DNA of 64,000 bases. Origin: Bdellovibrionales bacterium (GTDB lineage Bacteria; Bdellovibrionota; Bdellovibrionia; Bdellovibrionales; UBA1609). The position numbers and the translations under genes were made by a program. The notes beneath the pieces are model-generated. The model worked only from the letters and a program-made list of their open reading frames with translations. It was not told the origin of the DNA and ran no database searches. Position 1 is the stretch's first letter. Each line of letters begins with the position of its first letter. The DNA lies in assembly GCA_965199825.1 (NCBI GenBank), contig OZ241329.1, forward strand, positions 2,144,001-2,208,000. Direction: 5' to 3'. Positions 1 to 9,530 of this stretch are shown piece by piece.

Positions 1-197
1 TTAATCGCAAACATCACCACATTGCTCTCGTCAGGATCAAGACCTTGGAGCACGCGATAGAGAGCCTCTTCACTGGCAACATATTGAGTATCGATTTTAC
101 TCAAAAGCTTTTGACACAAACTTTTCAATTTGATCGCATGCGATGGATTTGAAAAGCTAAACAATAAAAAGGTAACAAAGGCAAAAGTGGTCTTCAT
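1..197 (-). CDS. Secreted hypothetical protein, 5' part only (runs off the window)
   Basis: Hand translation MKTTFAFVTFLLFSFSNPSHAIKLKSLCQKLL, open to the window edge; signal-peptide-like; upstream sigma54-type motif. Confidence 0.7.
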   Translation of the reverse strand, partial: MKTTFAFVTFLLFSFSNPSHAIKLKSLCQKLLSKIDTQYVASEEALYRVLQGLDPDESNVVMFAI

Positions 198-209
198 AAT
201 TGAGGGTTT

Positions 210-225
210 AGCAGACCTTATGCCA
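210..225 (-). promoter_or_regulatory. sigma54-type -24/-12 promoter
   Basis: Minus strand TGGCATAAGGTCTGCT (GG-N10-GC), GC about 13 nt before the ATG at 197. Confidence 0.6.
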
Positions 226-277
226 AGCCTCGTTAGAGACTGTAATTTTGATCAAACCCATTTAAGATCAAATCAAT

Positions 278-1075
278 ATGCGGACACTCTTTTTTCTCTT
301 TTTTTATTTACTGCCCAAAAACGGGCTCTCACGGCTCACGGGTCGAATCGTTTCCAAAAATCTTGGCCAATGGGCTGTGCGGTGGTTTCAGCGCCATTTT
401 AAAATCGACATGAATGAGGCTGAGCATCCGATCGAACATTACAAAACAATTGAACAGCTTTTCACTCGGAGTCTCAAAAAAGGTACACGCCCTATCGGCA
501 AAGACCCGGTCCACCCTGTGGATGGCGATCTGGTGGGCTTGCAAAAACTAGTAGGCAATTCGCTGTTTCAAGTAAAAAATATTACCTATTCTTTTTCTGA
601 TTTGACCCAGCATCAGCCCGATCTTTTCAAAAATGTCCTCACCTATTATTTGTGTCCCACCGATTACCACCGGGTGCATTCACCGGTTACAGGTGTGATC
701 AAAGGTATTGTTGGTGTGGCCGGCGAGCTTTGGCCGGTGAATGAAAAAAGTCGAAAGTATGTGCCTCGACTTTTTAGCCGCAATGAACGCGTGGTGATCG
801 AGATCGAAACTCAAACTGGGCCTGTGTTAGTCGTGATGGTGGGCGCCACAAACGTTGGCAAAATGTCTTTGAGATTTGATCCTCAATTTCAATCCAATGT
901 GGCTCGACAACCGCCGCTGTTAAAAAAAGATTTTAATATTCCGATTCAAGCAGGCGAAGAGCTTGGTGTTTTTCATATGGGTTCAACCGTGATCGTGGCG
1001 TATTCGCAAGATCTTAAAAATATTCAAGGTGGAAAAACTAAGATGGGTCAGTCTCTGAGCCATCATTCCCAATAG
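278..1075 (+). CDS. psd: Phosphatidylserine decarboxylase proenzyme
   Basis: FTRSLK, YLCPTDYHRVHSP, NERVV, VGATNVG and the FHMGSTV autocleavage motif. Confidence 0.93.
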   Translation: MRTLFFLFFYLLPKNGLSRLTGRIVSKNLGQWAVRWFQRHFKIDMNEAEHPIEHYKTIEQLFTRSLKKGTRPIGKDPVHPVDGDLVGLQKLVGNSLFQVKNITYSFSDLTQHQPDLFKNVLTYYLCPTDYHRVHSPVTGVIKGIVGVAGELWPVNEKSRKYVPRLFSRNERVVIEIETQTGPVLVVMVGATNVGKMSLRFDPQFQSNVARQPPLLKKDFNIPIQAGEELGVFHMGSTVIVAYSQDLKNIQGGKTKMGQSLSHHSQ

Positions 1076-1286
1076 CTTCCACAGGACAGCCTTCCATCGC
1101 ATCTCGGCAAGCCTGCTCCTCGACTTTAGAATTGGGTTGTTTGATCACAAACGCATGGGCATCAAGATCATGCATCTGAAAATGATCGGGAGCCGCAAGC
1201 ACGCAGGCATCACAGCTGATACATTCTTTATCAACAAAATATCGTCCCGGAATATTGTCATCGTACTTATTGGTCTTATCCGCCAT
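1038..1286 (-). CDS. Single-cluster ferredoxin
   Basis: CISCDAC...CPVEAI motifs; start taken at MADKTNK. Confidence 0.88.
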   Translation of the reverse strand: MADKTNKYDDNIPGRYFVDKECISCDACVLAAPDHFQMHDLDAHAFVIKQPNSKVEEQACRDAMEGCPVEAIGNDGSETDPS

Positions 1287-1367
1287 ATCGCGAGTTATAA
1301 CTCTCAAAACATTTGCTCGCCAATAAATTCGGTTGTGGATCATTAAAGGCCCGGTTATCCATTTGGC

Positions 1368-2972
1368 ATGCACAATTCTCAATTAGCGGCCGAGGTTCAA
1401 AAACGGCGAACCTTCGCAATTATTTCCCACCCCGATGCGGGTAAAACCACAATCACCGAACAAATTCTTTATCAGGGCGGAGTTGTGCGCGAGGCCGGCC
1501 AGGTCAAGGGAAAATCGGGTGCAAAAAAAGCAATGTCAGATTGGATGACCCTTGAGCAAGAGCGTGGGGTTTCGATCACTTCCAGCGTGATGCAATTTGA
1601 TTATGCGGGGCTTCGAATCAATCTTTTGGATACCCCTGGACACAAAGACTTTGGCGAAGACACCTACCGCACTCTGATTGCGGCGGATTCGGCAGCGATG
1701 CTGATTGATGCCGCCAAAGGGGTTGAGGCCCAAACAAGAAAACTTTATGAAGTGTGTCGTTTAAGAAAAATTCCAATTCTGACTTTTGCCAATAAAGTCG
1801 ATCGCGAAGGAAAAGATCCTTTGGAATTGATCGACGATGTGGAGAACACTTTAAAGCTTCGATGCTATCCGGTGACATGGCCTGTGGGAATGGGTGGCGA
1901 ATTCAAAGGCCTATTTCATCGTCTGACAAGAAAACTTTATTTGTTTACTCGAGGCGAAGAGCTTCCGGTCATTGTTGACATGCCCGATCTCGATAGTCCT
2001 TTGCTTGATCAGCACGTGGGCGAGCGTTTGGCCACAAAGCTCAGAGAAGATATGGATCTCTTAGATGGAACTTTGGGCGAGTTCGATAAAGCCGAATTTT
2101 TAAGAGGTGATTTGAGTCCCCTCACTTTTGGATCAGCCAAATACAGTTGGGGTGTTGATTTATTTCTCGATCTTTTTTCGAGCGAGGCTCCAATGCCCTC
2201 GGAGCGCTCTACCACAAAGGGGTTGATCGATCCTGCAGACTCATTGTTTTCTGGATTCGTTTTTAAAATCCAAGCCAATATGGATAAAAATCATCGCGAC
2301 CGCGTTGCATTCCTAAGAATTTGTTCTGGCAAATTTGAGCGTGGGATGAAGGTGAGGCATGTGCGCCTTGAGCGTGAGCTTAGACTTTCATATGCCAATC
2401 AATTTTTGGCACGTGAGCGTGAAACGGTAGAAGAAGCTTACGCCGGGGATATCGTCGGCATTATTGATACGGGATACTTTCGCATTGGCGATACGGTGAC
2501 ATCAGGTAAAGAATTAATGTTTGATCCTATCCCAAGATTTTCGCCCGAGATCTTTGGGCGTCTGACCATTAAAGATCCGCTAAAGCGAAAGACTTTGCAA
2601 AAAGGGGTGCAGCAACTTTCTGAAGAAGGAACGGTTCAACTTCTTTATGAACCCCATCTCGGAAAACAAGAACCGATTTTGGGTGTGGTGGGCGAGTTGC
2701 AATTTGATGTGCTGATTTTTCGGCTGAACGAAGAATACAATTTAAATGTCAAACTCGAGCGCTTGCCATTTTCGGCGGCTCGATGGCCAAGACTCAAAAC
2801 GGGCGAGCCGCTCAAAGGACCACTCAAAGGAAGTGCACGGCTTTATCTTGATGAAACCGATCAGCCGGTCGTTTTGGTCGAGCGCGAATGGGATTTGCGC
2901 TGGCTTGAAAAAGAAAATCCTGAAGTTCAATTTTTAATCTCTGCGCCTGCTCACGGTATGGAACAAAAATGA
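1368..2972 (+). CDS. prfC: Peptide chain release factor 3
   Basis: RRTFAIISHPDAGKTT, DTPGH, NKVD, FKIQANMDKNHRDR. Confidence 0.97.
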   Translation: MHNSQLAAEVQKRRTFAIISHPDAGKTTITEQILYQGGVVREAGQVKGKSGAKKAMSDWMTLEQERGVSITSSVMQFDYAGLRINLLDTPGHKDFGEDTYRTLIAADSAAMLIDAAKGVEAQTRKLYEVCRLRKIPILTFANKVDREGKDPLELIDDVENTLKLRCYPVTWPVGMGGEFKGLFHRLTRKLYLFTRGEELPVIVDMPDLDSPLLDQHVGERLATKLREDMDLLDGTLGEFDKAEFLRGDLSPLTFGSAKYSWGVDLFLDLFSSEAPMPSERSTTKGLIDPADSLFSGFVFKIQANMDKNHRDRVAFLRICSGKFERGMKVRHVRLERELRLSYANQFLARERETVEEAYAGDIVGIIDTGYFRIGDTVTSGKELMFDPIPRFSPEIFGRLTIKDPLKRKTLQKGVQQLSEEGTVQLLYEPHLGKQEPILGVVGELQFDVLIFRLNEEYNLNVKLERLPFSAARWPRLKTGEPLKGPLKGSARLYLDETDQPVVLVEREWDLRWLEKENPEVQFLISAPAHGMEQK

Positions 2973-3580
2973 ATTCGCTGATCATTGGTGTGAGTGGAGG
3001 TTCGGGTTCTGGAAAAACCACTTTTGCTCGGGGTTTACAAAAAGCGATGGGCTTAGAGCAGGTCAATATTCTCTCGCAAGACAGTTATTATTTTGATGTG
3101 AGCAACCATCCCGATCGCGATCATATCAATTTTGATGAACCCAAGGCGATCGAGTTTTCATTGCTCGCTCAGCATCTTAAAAAACTTAAAAATGGAATTG
3201 CGGTTGAGGTTCCTATTTATGATTTTGCCACACATTCAAGGCATCAAAAGGTAAGAACTCTTAATCCCGCTCCGATTATTATTCTCGAAGGAATTTTGAT
3301 TTTTTCGCAAGCCGAAGTGTTAGAGCAAATCAACCACAGCATTTTTATCGAAACTCCTGAAGTCATTCGTTATGAAAGACGTTTACTCAGAGATACAAAA
3401 GAGCGTGGGCGCACAAAAGAGAGCGTGCTCGAGCAATTTCGAAATCAGGTGAAACCGATGCACGATCTTTATGTTGAGCCGTCAAAAGAATTGGCCCAAC
3501 AAGTGATTTCGGGCGAGAGCGATTTTGAAGATCACTATCCTTTTGTGATGAGCGTAATCGAATTCGAATCGAACGAATAA
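2969..3580 (+). CDS. udk: Uridine kinase
   Basis: IGVSGGSGSGKTT, NFDEPKA, VPIYDFATHSR, RRLLRDTKERGR. Confidence 0.93.
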   Translation: MNSLIIGVSGGSGSGKTTFARGLQKAMGLEQVNILSQDSYYFDVSNHPDRDHINFDEPKAIEFSLLAQHLKKLKNGIAVEVPIYDFATHSRHQKVRTLNPAPIIILEGILIFSQAEVLEQINHSIFIETPEVIRYERRLLRDTKERGRTKESVLEQFRNQVKPMHDLYVEPSKELAQQVISGESDFEDHYPFVMSVIEFESNE

Positions 3581-3622
3581 AGGGCTAGCCGCTAGAAGTA
3601 TTTGTCACTAAGCTTGATGGCT

Positions 3623-4759
3623 ATGCAGTGGCGATTTGTTTTTTTAGTTTTACTTGTAGCGTGTCATTCAAAACCAAAAATAACTGATTTAAGTAAAAAT
3701 CAGTGGCCCGATCATATGCAAAGTTTTGCCCACTCGGTTGTGACACTTGCTCCATTTATTTATAATTCTAAAAATTATGTCGATCCTGCTCATCACGATC
3801 AAATCGCCAAAGAGCTTCATCAATTTTCGGATGCGGCCCACGACATCAAACCCGACATGGGCGAAGCTATCACCGGCTCAGACCCATTGGTGCAGTACAG
3901 TTTGGTCGAATTAAAGGCCGATGTGTCGCGAGCTGAAGAGGCCTTTAAAAATGGCCACCTCGATTACTCACGAGGTGTGATGAAGAATGTGATGGCCCAT
4001 TGCTTTCAGTGTCATTCACTCAGTGATTCTGGAACAAAAACTCATTTTGATGTTGAGGTGTTTAAAAATCTTAAATTAAGTCCTCTAGAAAAAGCAGATT
4101 TGTTTATCGCCAGCCGTGACTTTGATGACTCAAAGCGTTTGCTGGAGTTGATGCTCAAGAATTCTGATTTTTCGAGGGCCAGTGCTTTTGAGTTTGAGTC
4201 GGCTCTTCATCGCTATATGGCCTTGATGGTGCGGGTGCAAAAAGATCCTAAAGGCACATTGCTCGAGCTTAAACTGTTACAAAAAAGAAAAGAAATTCCT
4301 GTCTACATTCACGATCTGATTCAAAGTTGGAGTGTTTCACTCAAAAATTGGGAAAAGGAAAAACCAAATTCGCAAAGCCTAATGCTTCAGGCGGAAAAAC
4401 ATTTTAAAGCAGCCCAAAAACTTCAGGCCTTTCCCAAAGATCATCAAGGAGACGTAGAGTATCTGCGTGTGACGTCGCTTCTTCATGATTTTTTAAAATT
4501 AAAGCAATCCAAAGAGTCTGAGGCTGAAGCCTACGTTATGCTTGGGCAAAGCTATGAAGTGCTTGATGATCTAGGAGTTTGGAATTTGCATGAGATGTAT
4601 TATGAGTCCTGTGTGCGAAGGTTGCCCCAATCTGATCTTGCCAAAAATTGTTTTCAGCGATTGCAATCGAGTATTCAGTTGGGTTTTTCTGGAAGTGCGG
4701 GTGTGAATATTCCTGAGAATGAAACCAAACATCTCGAAGAACTTAAAAAATTTCTTTAA
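3623..4759 (+). CDS. Lipoprotein with one CxxCH heme-binding motif and TPR-like helical C-terminus
   Basis: LVAC lipobox after MQWRF; HCFQCH; helical segments such as AEAYVMLGQSYE. Confidence 0.6.
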   Translation: MQWRFVFLVLLVACHSKPKITDLSKNQWPDHMQSFAHSVVTLAPFIYNSKNYVDPAHHDQIAKELHQFSDAAHDIKPDMGEAITGSDPLVQYSLVELKADVSRAEEAFKNGHLDYSRGVMKNVMAHCFQCHSLSDSGTKTHFDVEVFKNLKLSPLEKADLFIASRDFDDSKRLLELMLKNSDFSRASAFEFESALHRYMALMVRVQKDPKGTLLELKLLQKRKEIPVYIHDLIQSWSVSLKNWEKEKPNSQSLMLQAEKHFKAAQKLQAFPKDHQGDVEYLRVTSLLHDFLKLKQSKESEAEAYVMLGQSYEVLDDLGVWNLHEMYYESCVRRLPQSDLAKNCFQRLQSSIQLGFSGSAGVNIPENETKHLEELKKFL

Positions 4760-4850
4760 AATGTGTGTCATTTCTCTAAGAATCAACGTGACACAAAAAA
4801 ATCTTATGACATCATTATAAAAGATTTAATTTCTTTAAGGAGGAACGCCC

Positions 4851-5027
4851 ATGAAAGTATCCAAATTGTTAGTATCCGCAATCGTAATTTGTGGTTTGAA
4901 TGGTCTTGCACACGCACAACCAGAACCAACTGCACCCCCAGCTGACGGTGCAATGGCTCCCGAAAAACCAGCCCATCCAGCTCACGGCGGACACGGCAAA
5001 CATAAAAAGCCAGCTAAACACGAGTAG
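4851..5027 (+). CDS. Small secreted Pro/His/Lys-rich protein (58 aa; absent from the ORF track)
   Basis: AAGGAGG RBS; MKVSKLLVSAIVICGLNGLAHA signal then QPEPTAPPADGAMAPEKPAHPAHGGHGKHKKPAKHE; followed by a terminator. Confidence 0.8.
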   Translation: MKVSKLLVSAIVICGLNGLAHAQPEPTAPPADGAMAPEKPAHPAHGGHGKHKKPAKHE

Positions 5028-5053
5028 TTCTTACTCTTTGTTTTTTAGTTTTT

Positions 5054-5090
5054 AAAAGCCCAGCGGAGTATTCCCTGGGCTTTTGTTTTT
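5054..5090 (+). terminator. Rho-independent terminator
   Basis: AAAAGCCCAG...CTGGGCTTTT stem followed by a T-tract. Confidence 0.75.
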
Positions 5091-5105
5091 TGTTACCATC
5101 TATGT

Positions 5106-5438
5106 ATGAAGTTGATGTGTTTGCTCCTAGTCCTTTGTCTTAATGCGCACGCGGATGATATGGGTGATGATGGTTTTGGCGATGACTGGGGTGATGATCC
5201 AAAGTCGATTCCACTCAATCCTCCAGGAGCACCTCCGGGAACCACAATTTCAAATAATCCCCAACCCCCGAGTGGCCAATTTAACCAACCCCCCGCTTAT
5301 GAATCCTCAGCACCGAGCGCAAAGGGTGGCGGCGATAAAGTTGAATTTCATTTGATCGGACAAAAGCGAGAACAAACCGGTCGCAAAAATTGGCGCGAAA
5401 ATGTTTTTGGCAAACCTTGGAAAACTCCAGACCCCTAA
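5106..5438 (+). CDS. Secreted low-complexity (Asp/Pro/Gly-rich) hypothetical protein
   Basis: Signal peptide ending AHA; disordered composition. Confidence 0.65.
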   Translation: MKLMCLLLVLCLNAHADDMGDDGFGDDWGDDPKSIPLNPPGAPPGTTISNNPQPPSGQFNQPPAYESSAPSAKGGGDKVEFHLIGQKREQTGRKNWRENVFGKPWKTPDP

Positions 5439-5488
5439 AAGATACTTCAAGACAAAGCTAGATCCATTCGTTATTTTTCATTTAACTT

Positions 5489-5932
5489 ATGAAGATCACA
5501 TTAGGGTGGCGTGAGCTCATCGATTTGCCCGAGCTCCATGTTGCACAATTAAAAGTCAAAATCGATACAGGGGCTCGCACCTCGGCGCTCCATGCTGAAG
5601 ATATTCAGTACTTTCGCTTTCAGGGTAAAACCCGGGTGCGATTTAAAATGTTTCCGGTGAGTCGCAAACGCTCACCAGAAATTGTGGCCGAAGCCGATCT
5701 GGTTGGAAAAAGACTGGTGCGCAGTTCGATTGGGCTTGCCACTGAGCGCCCCGTGATTAAAACAACCCTTTGTTTAAATAATAAATCATGGCCGATCGAG
5801 GTCACATTAATCAATCGAGAGATCATGGGGTTTCGTATGTTGCTGGGTCGAGAGGCTATCAAAGGTCGATGTATTGTCGATCCAGATAAATCATTTTTAA
5901 TACTTAAGAGCACAAAGAAAAAAGATTTATGA
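5489..5932 (+). CDS. RimK-associated retropepsin-like protease (RimB-like, 'putative ATP-dependent zinc protease' family)
   Basis: [33 protein letters not shown]; stop overlaps the rimK start. Confidence 0.85.
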   Translation: MKITLGWRELIDLPELHVAQLKVKIDTGARTSALHAEDIQYFRFQGKTRVRFKMFPVSRKRSPEIVAEADLVGKRLVRSSIGLATERPVIKTTLCLNNKSWPIEVTLINREIMGFRMLLGREAIKGRCIVDPDKSFLILKSTKKKDL

Positions 5933-6834
5933 AATTAGCAATCCTCTCGCGCAATGCGAATTTGTATTCAACCTCACGCCTGACCCAAGCAGCTCAAACT
6001 CGTGGTCATCACGTGATGGTGGTTGATCCTTTGATGTGCTATATGGATATCACTCCAACAACACCTTCGGTGCATTTTAGAAATGAAGTCTTAAGCGGAA
6101 TTGATGCGGTACTCCCGCGTATTGGGGCTTCAGTCACATTTTATGCCTCGGCTGTTTTAAGACATTTCGAAATGATTGGGACCTACACCGTCAATGAGTC
6201 GGTGGCGATTTCGCGTTCACGTGATAAATTGCGAGCCCTTCAAATTTTATCTCGTAACGGAATCGGAATGCCGGTTACCGGTTTTGCCCACTCCACAAAA
6301 ATGACTCGCGAATTGATTGAGCTCGTGGGCGGCGCACCCCTGGTGATAAAACTCCTAGAAGGCACTCAAGGAAAAGGTGTGGTGCTCGCAGAAACCAACA
6401 AAGCGGCAGAGTCGGTGATCGAGGCCTTTCGCGAAATGGATGCTTATTTTTTGGTGCAACAATTTATCAAAGAAGCGCGCGGCTGCGACATTCGTGCTTT
6501 TGTGATTGGCAATAAAGTTGTGGCAGCCATGCAGCGAAAAGCCAAAGACGGTGAGTTTCGCTCCAATCTTCACCGCGGTGGCAGTGCCGAAAAAGTGGAA
6601 CTCACACCCGAAGAAACTCGCACCGCACTGCAAGCTTCGGATGCTTTGGGACTGAATATTGCGGGCGTCGATATCCTCAGAGCAAAGTCGGGACCCTTAG
6701 TGATGGAAGTCAATTCCTCACCCGGACTCGAAGGCATTGAGCGCACCACCGGAATCGATGTGGCAGGTGCAATCATTGATTATATCGAAAAAAATGCGGG
6801 CCCCAATAAAACCAAAACAAAAGGTCACGGATAA
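5929..6834 (+). CDS. rimK: RimK alpha-L-glutamate ligase (ATP-grasp)
   Basis: [51 protein letters not shown]. Confidence 0.95.
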   Translation: MKLAILSRNANLYSTSRLTQAAQTRGHHVMVVDPLMCYMDITPTTPSVHFRNEVLSGIDAVLPRIGASVTFYASAVLRHFEMIGTYTVNESVAISRSRDKLRALQILSRNGIGMPVTGFAHSTKMTRELIELVGGAPLVIKLLEGTQGKGVVLAETNKAAESVIEAFREMDAYFLVQQFIKEARGCDIRAFVIGNKVVAAMQRKAKDGEFRSNLHRGGSAEKVELTPEETRTALQASDALGLNIAGVDILRAKSGPLVMEVNSSPGLEGIERTTGIDVAGAIIDYIEKNAGPNKTKTKGHG

Positions 6835-7890
6835 ATGCCTGATAAAAAATTGGTGATTGGCGGAATCGAAATTGCGGTGGGCGAAACAAAAACGATTGGT
6901 GTTGAGGTCGCAAAACTTTATGACTCTACCGATATGTCGATTCCGGTGCGAGTGTTTCGCGGCCTTAAAGATGGCCCAATTCTTTTTGTGTCGGCAGCCA
7001 TCCACGGAGATGAAATCAATGGTGTCGAAATCTTGCGACGCCTTGCCCACTCGAAATTTATCACTGGCCTTCATGGCACATTGATCGTGGTACCCATAGT
7101 AAATGTGTTTGGCTTTAATATGCGCTCGCGCTATTTGCCAGACCGCAGGGATCTCAATCGTACTTTTCCTGGAAGTTCGAGAGGAAGTTTGGCTGCGCGC
7201 CTCGCCGATATTTTTTTAAGAGAGATCGTTGCCAAGTGTACCCACGGAATCGATATCCATACCGGTGCGGTTCATCGCTTTAATGCTCCCCATGTCAGAG
7301 CCAATCTTAAAAACGCGGCCACAAAAAAATTAGCTTTTGGTTTTGGATCTTCTTTGATCCTTCAATCCTCGGGTCCTGATGGCAGCCTTCGCCATGCGGC
7401 CACCAAATACAAAATTCCTGTGGTGGTGTATGAGGCAGGTGAGGCCCTCAGATTTGACGAAGAGTCGATCGAAATGGGGTACGAAGGTATCTTAAGGATG
7501 ATGCGCAGTCTGCATATGATTCCGGCAATTAAGGGCAAAAAAAAGGTCAAACCCTTTGTTGCCAAATCCAGTCATTGGATCAGAGCACCCCAAAGCGGAA
7601 TGCTCAAACGATTCGTCGATATTAAATCGCATGTGCGTGAAGGATCAGTCCTTGGAGTGATCACCGATCCTTTTGGTGAAAATGAAGTGCCGGTCTTATC
7701 ACCCATCGCCGGTGTGGTCGTAGGCACTGCGATGCTTCCCCTGGCCAACCGGGGCGATGCACTTTTTCATATCGCCACGGCTCAAACCAGAAAGTCAGAA
7801 CGGGTCGAACCTTTTAACGAAGACGAAGTGGAGCCACTCTCTTATGAACCCAACGCTTATAAGCCCCTCCGAGTGGGACAAACGGACTAA
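6835..7890 (+). CDS. Succinylglutamate desuccinylase/aspartoacylase family (M14) metallohydrolase
   Basis: AIHGDEING, DLNRTFPG, IDIHTG, YEAGE. Confidence 0.9.
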   Translation: MPDKKLVIGGIEIAVGETKTIGVEVAKLYDSTDMSIPVRVFRGLKDGPILFVSAAIHGDEINGVEILRRLAHSKFITGLHGTLIVVPIVNVFGFNMRSRYLPDRRDLNRTFPGSSRGSLAARLADIFLREIVAKCTHGIDIHTGAVHRFNAPHVRANLKNAATKKLAFGFGSSLILQSSGPDGSLRHAATKYKIPVVVYEAGEALRFDEESIEMGYEGILRMMRSLHMIPAIKGKKKVKPFVAKSSHWIRAPQSGMLKRFVDIKSHVREGSVLGVITDPFGENEVPVLSPIAGVVVGTAMLPLANRGDALFHIATAQTRKSERVEPFNEDEVEPLSYEPNAYKPLRVGQTD

Positions 7891-8743
7891 AGATTTTTCG
7901 GCTCAAAGAAAATATCTCGCGATGTTTTCAAGCGTGACCGAAGGTATTACCACCGATGTGTCTCGCATGTTTGTGCCCCTCGATGATCATTTGGTGCATC
8001 GTGGGGATGGAATTTTTGAAGCGTTGAGAGTGATTGATGGAGAGCCCTCGGATCTTGAAGCCCATCTCAGTCGACTCGAAATTTCGGCAAAAAAAGTTTA
8101 TTTGAAAATTCCGTATTCTTCGCCTGAGATCGAAAAAATTATTTTAAAAATGATTGAAGTGTCACAGACGAAAAGCGCAATGATCCGGCTTTTTGTTTCT
8201 CGGGGGCCTGGCAGTTTTTCGGTTTCGCCAAGAGACAGCGTGGGCTCGCAGCTCTATGTGGTGCTCACCGAATTTCATCCGATGCCCCAAAAAAGTTATG
8301 AACAGGGCGTCAGCGTGATGATTTCCAAATATATTCAAAAGCCCAATTTTTTTGCCCAAATTAAATCCTGCAACTATTTGCAAAATGTTTTGGTCAAAAA
8401 TGAAGCGCTCGAGTCAGAAATCGATTTTTCGATTTGCCTGACCGAAGACGGATTTATCTCTGAGGGTCCCACCGAAAATATTTGCTACATCAAGGGCCAA
8501 ACTTTATTTGTTCCGCTCTTTGATTACACTTTAAAAGGCACAACACTTTTGCGCGCAATGACTGAGGCAAAAAAACTTGGGCTCACTGTGATTCAAAAAA
8601 ACATTACGGTGGACGAAATGCATTCGGCTGATGAGGTCGCAATGGTCGGTACCACCATCGAGGTCTTGCCTGTTAAAACCTTTGATGGAAAAACGCTTCC
8701 GCAAGTGGCCAAGCAGTTTTTAAAAATTCGGCAGGCGCTTTAG
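7844..8743 (+). CDS. Class IV PLP aminotransferase (IlvE/D-amino acid aminotransferase/PabC-like)
   Basis: HRGDGIFE, HLSRL, KSCNYL, SEGPTEN, LKGTT. Confidence 0.88.
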   Translation: MNPTLISPSEWDKRTKDFSAQRKYLAMFSSVTEGITTDVSRMFVPLDDHLVHRGDGIFEALRVIDGEPSDLEAHLSRLEISAKKVYLKIPYSSPEIEKIILKMIEVSQTKSAMIRLFVSRGPGSFSVSPRDSVGSQLYVVLTEFHPMPQKSYEQGVSVMISKYIQKPNFFAQIKSCNYLQNVLVKNEALESEIDFSICLTEDGFISEGPTENICYIKGQTLFVPLFDYTLKGTTLLRAMTEAKKLGLTVIQKNITVDEMHSADEVAMVGTTIEVLPVKTFDGKTLPQVAKQFLKIRQAL

Positions 8744-9499
8744 TATTGGTGATCTTCTTCTGTTCTCAGGTGGAGATGATCCGGAGTCGGCTGTGAGCCC
8801 GCCGCAATAAATAGTATGGGTTCCATCGTGTGCTCATCATTGAACAAAACAAAAGTAAAAATCAGCCGCTGCAGTTGAGGAGACATGCTTTCCCGAATGC
8901 GTTCGGTGACCGCAATGTCTTGAGAATAAGCTCTCATCACCTCTCGTCGCGCCGACTCAGAGTCACCCCAACGAGTTAAAACAAATTTCTCAAAAGATTT
9001 TGGAACATCTATCGCAAAAGATGAGAAATAAATTTTTGAAGTCGAAACCTTATTAAAGTTGAATGAATTTATAAGAAGTTGATGAAAATCTTCGGTTGAT
9101 TGAAGTGTATCGTAACTCCTAATTTTTTTTATTAAATTGTATAAGGTCGAACTCCAAGTTGCCATGACTCCCACAGAAAAGGATTGCTCCACTGGGAAAT
9201 TTAAAAAAATGGCGTTGAAGAGGATCGGCAATAATAAATAATTGACATTCAAAGTGAGCGAAGGTGAGCAATTCGACTCTTTCCCACTTTTGATATCTTT
9301 TGAGTTCTGGCTTCAACTTGAGGGTACTCATGCTCTTGATCATTTTCTTTTTTAAAAATCTTTTGCAGCTGACGCCTCACTTCATCAAGATTTTTAGATC
9401 AGAATGAGTCTCAATTTCTGAGCTTAGCAAGGCTTCGCAAAGAGCGGGTCTAAAATCCTGAGCATAACCGAAAATCCAAAAAATAATGAAAAAGATCAT
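8740..9499 (-). pseudogene. Frameshifted paralog of the upstream orphan secreted protein
   Basis: MIFFIIFWIFGYAQDFRPALCEALLS matches FAQDFRPTVCEALLS of 9531-10508; C-terminal WGDSESARREVMRAYS matches WGNPESARREITRAYS; frame breaks near 9391-9395 and 9251-9253. Confidence 0.7.
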
Positions 9500-9510
9500 G
9501 AGCTGGATAA

Positions 9511-9526
9511 AGCAATATGAGAGCCA
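9511..9526 (-). promoter_or_regulatory. sigma54-type promoter
   Basis: TGGCTCTCATATTGCT, GC about 12 nt before the ATG at 9499. Confidence 0.65.
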
Positions 9527-9530
9527 GCAT

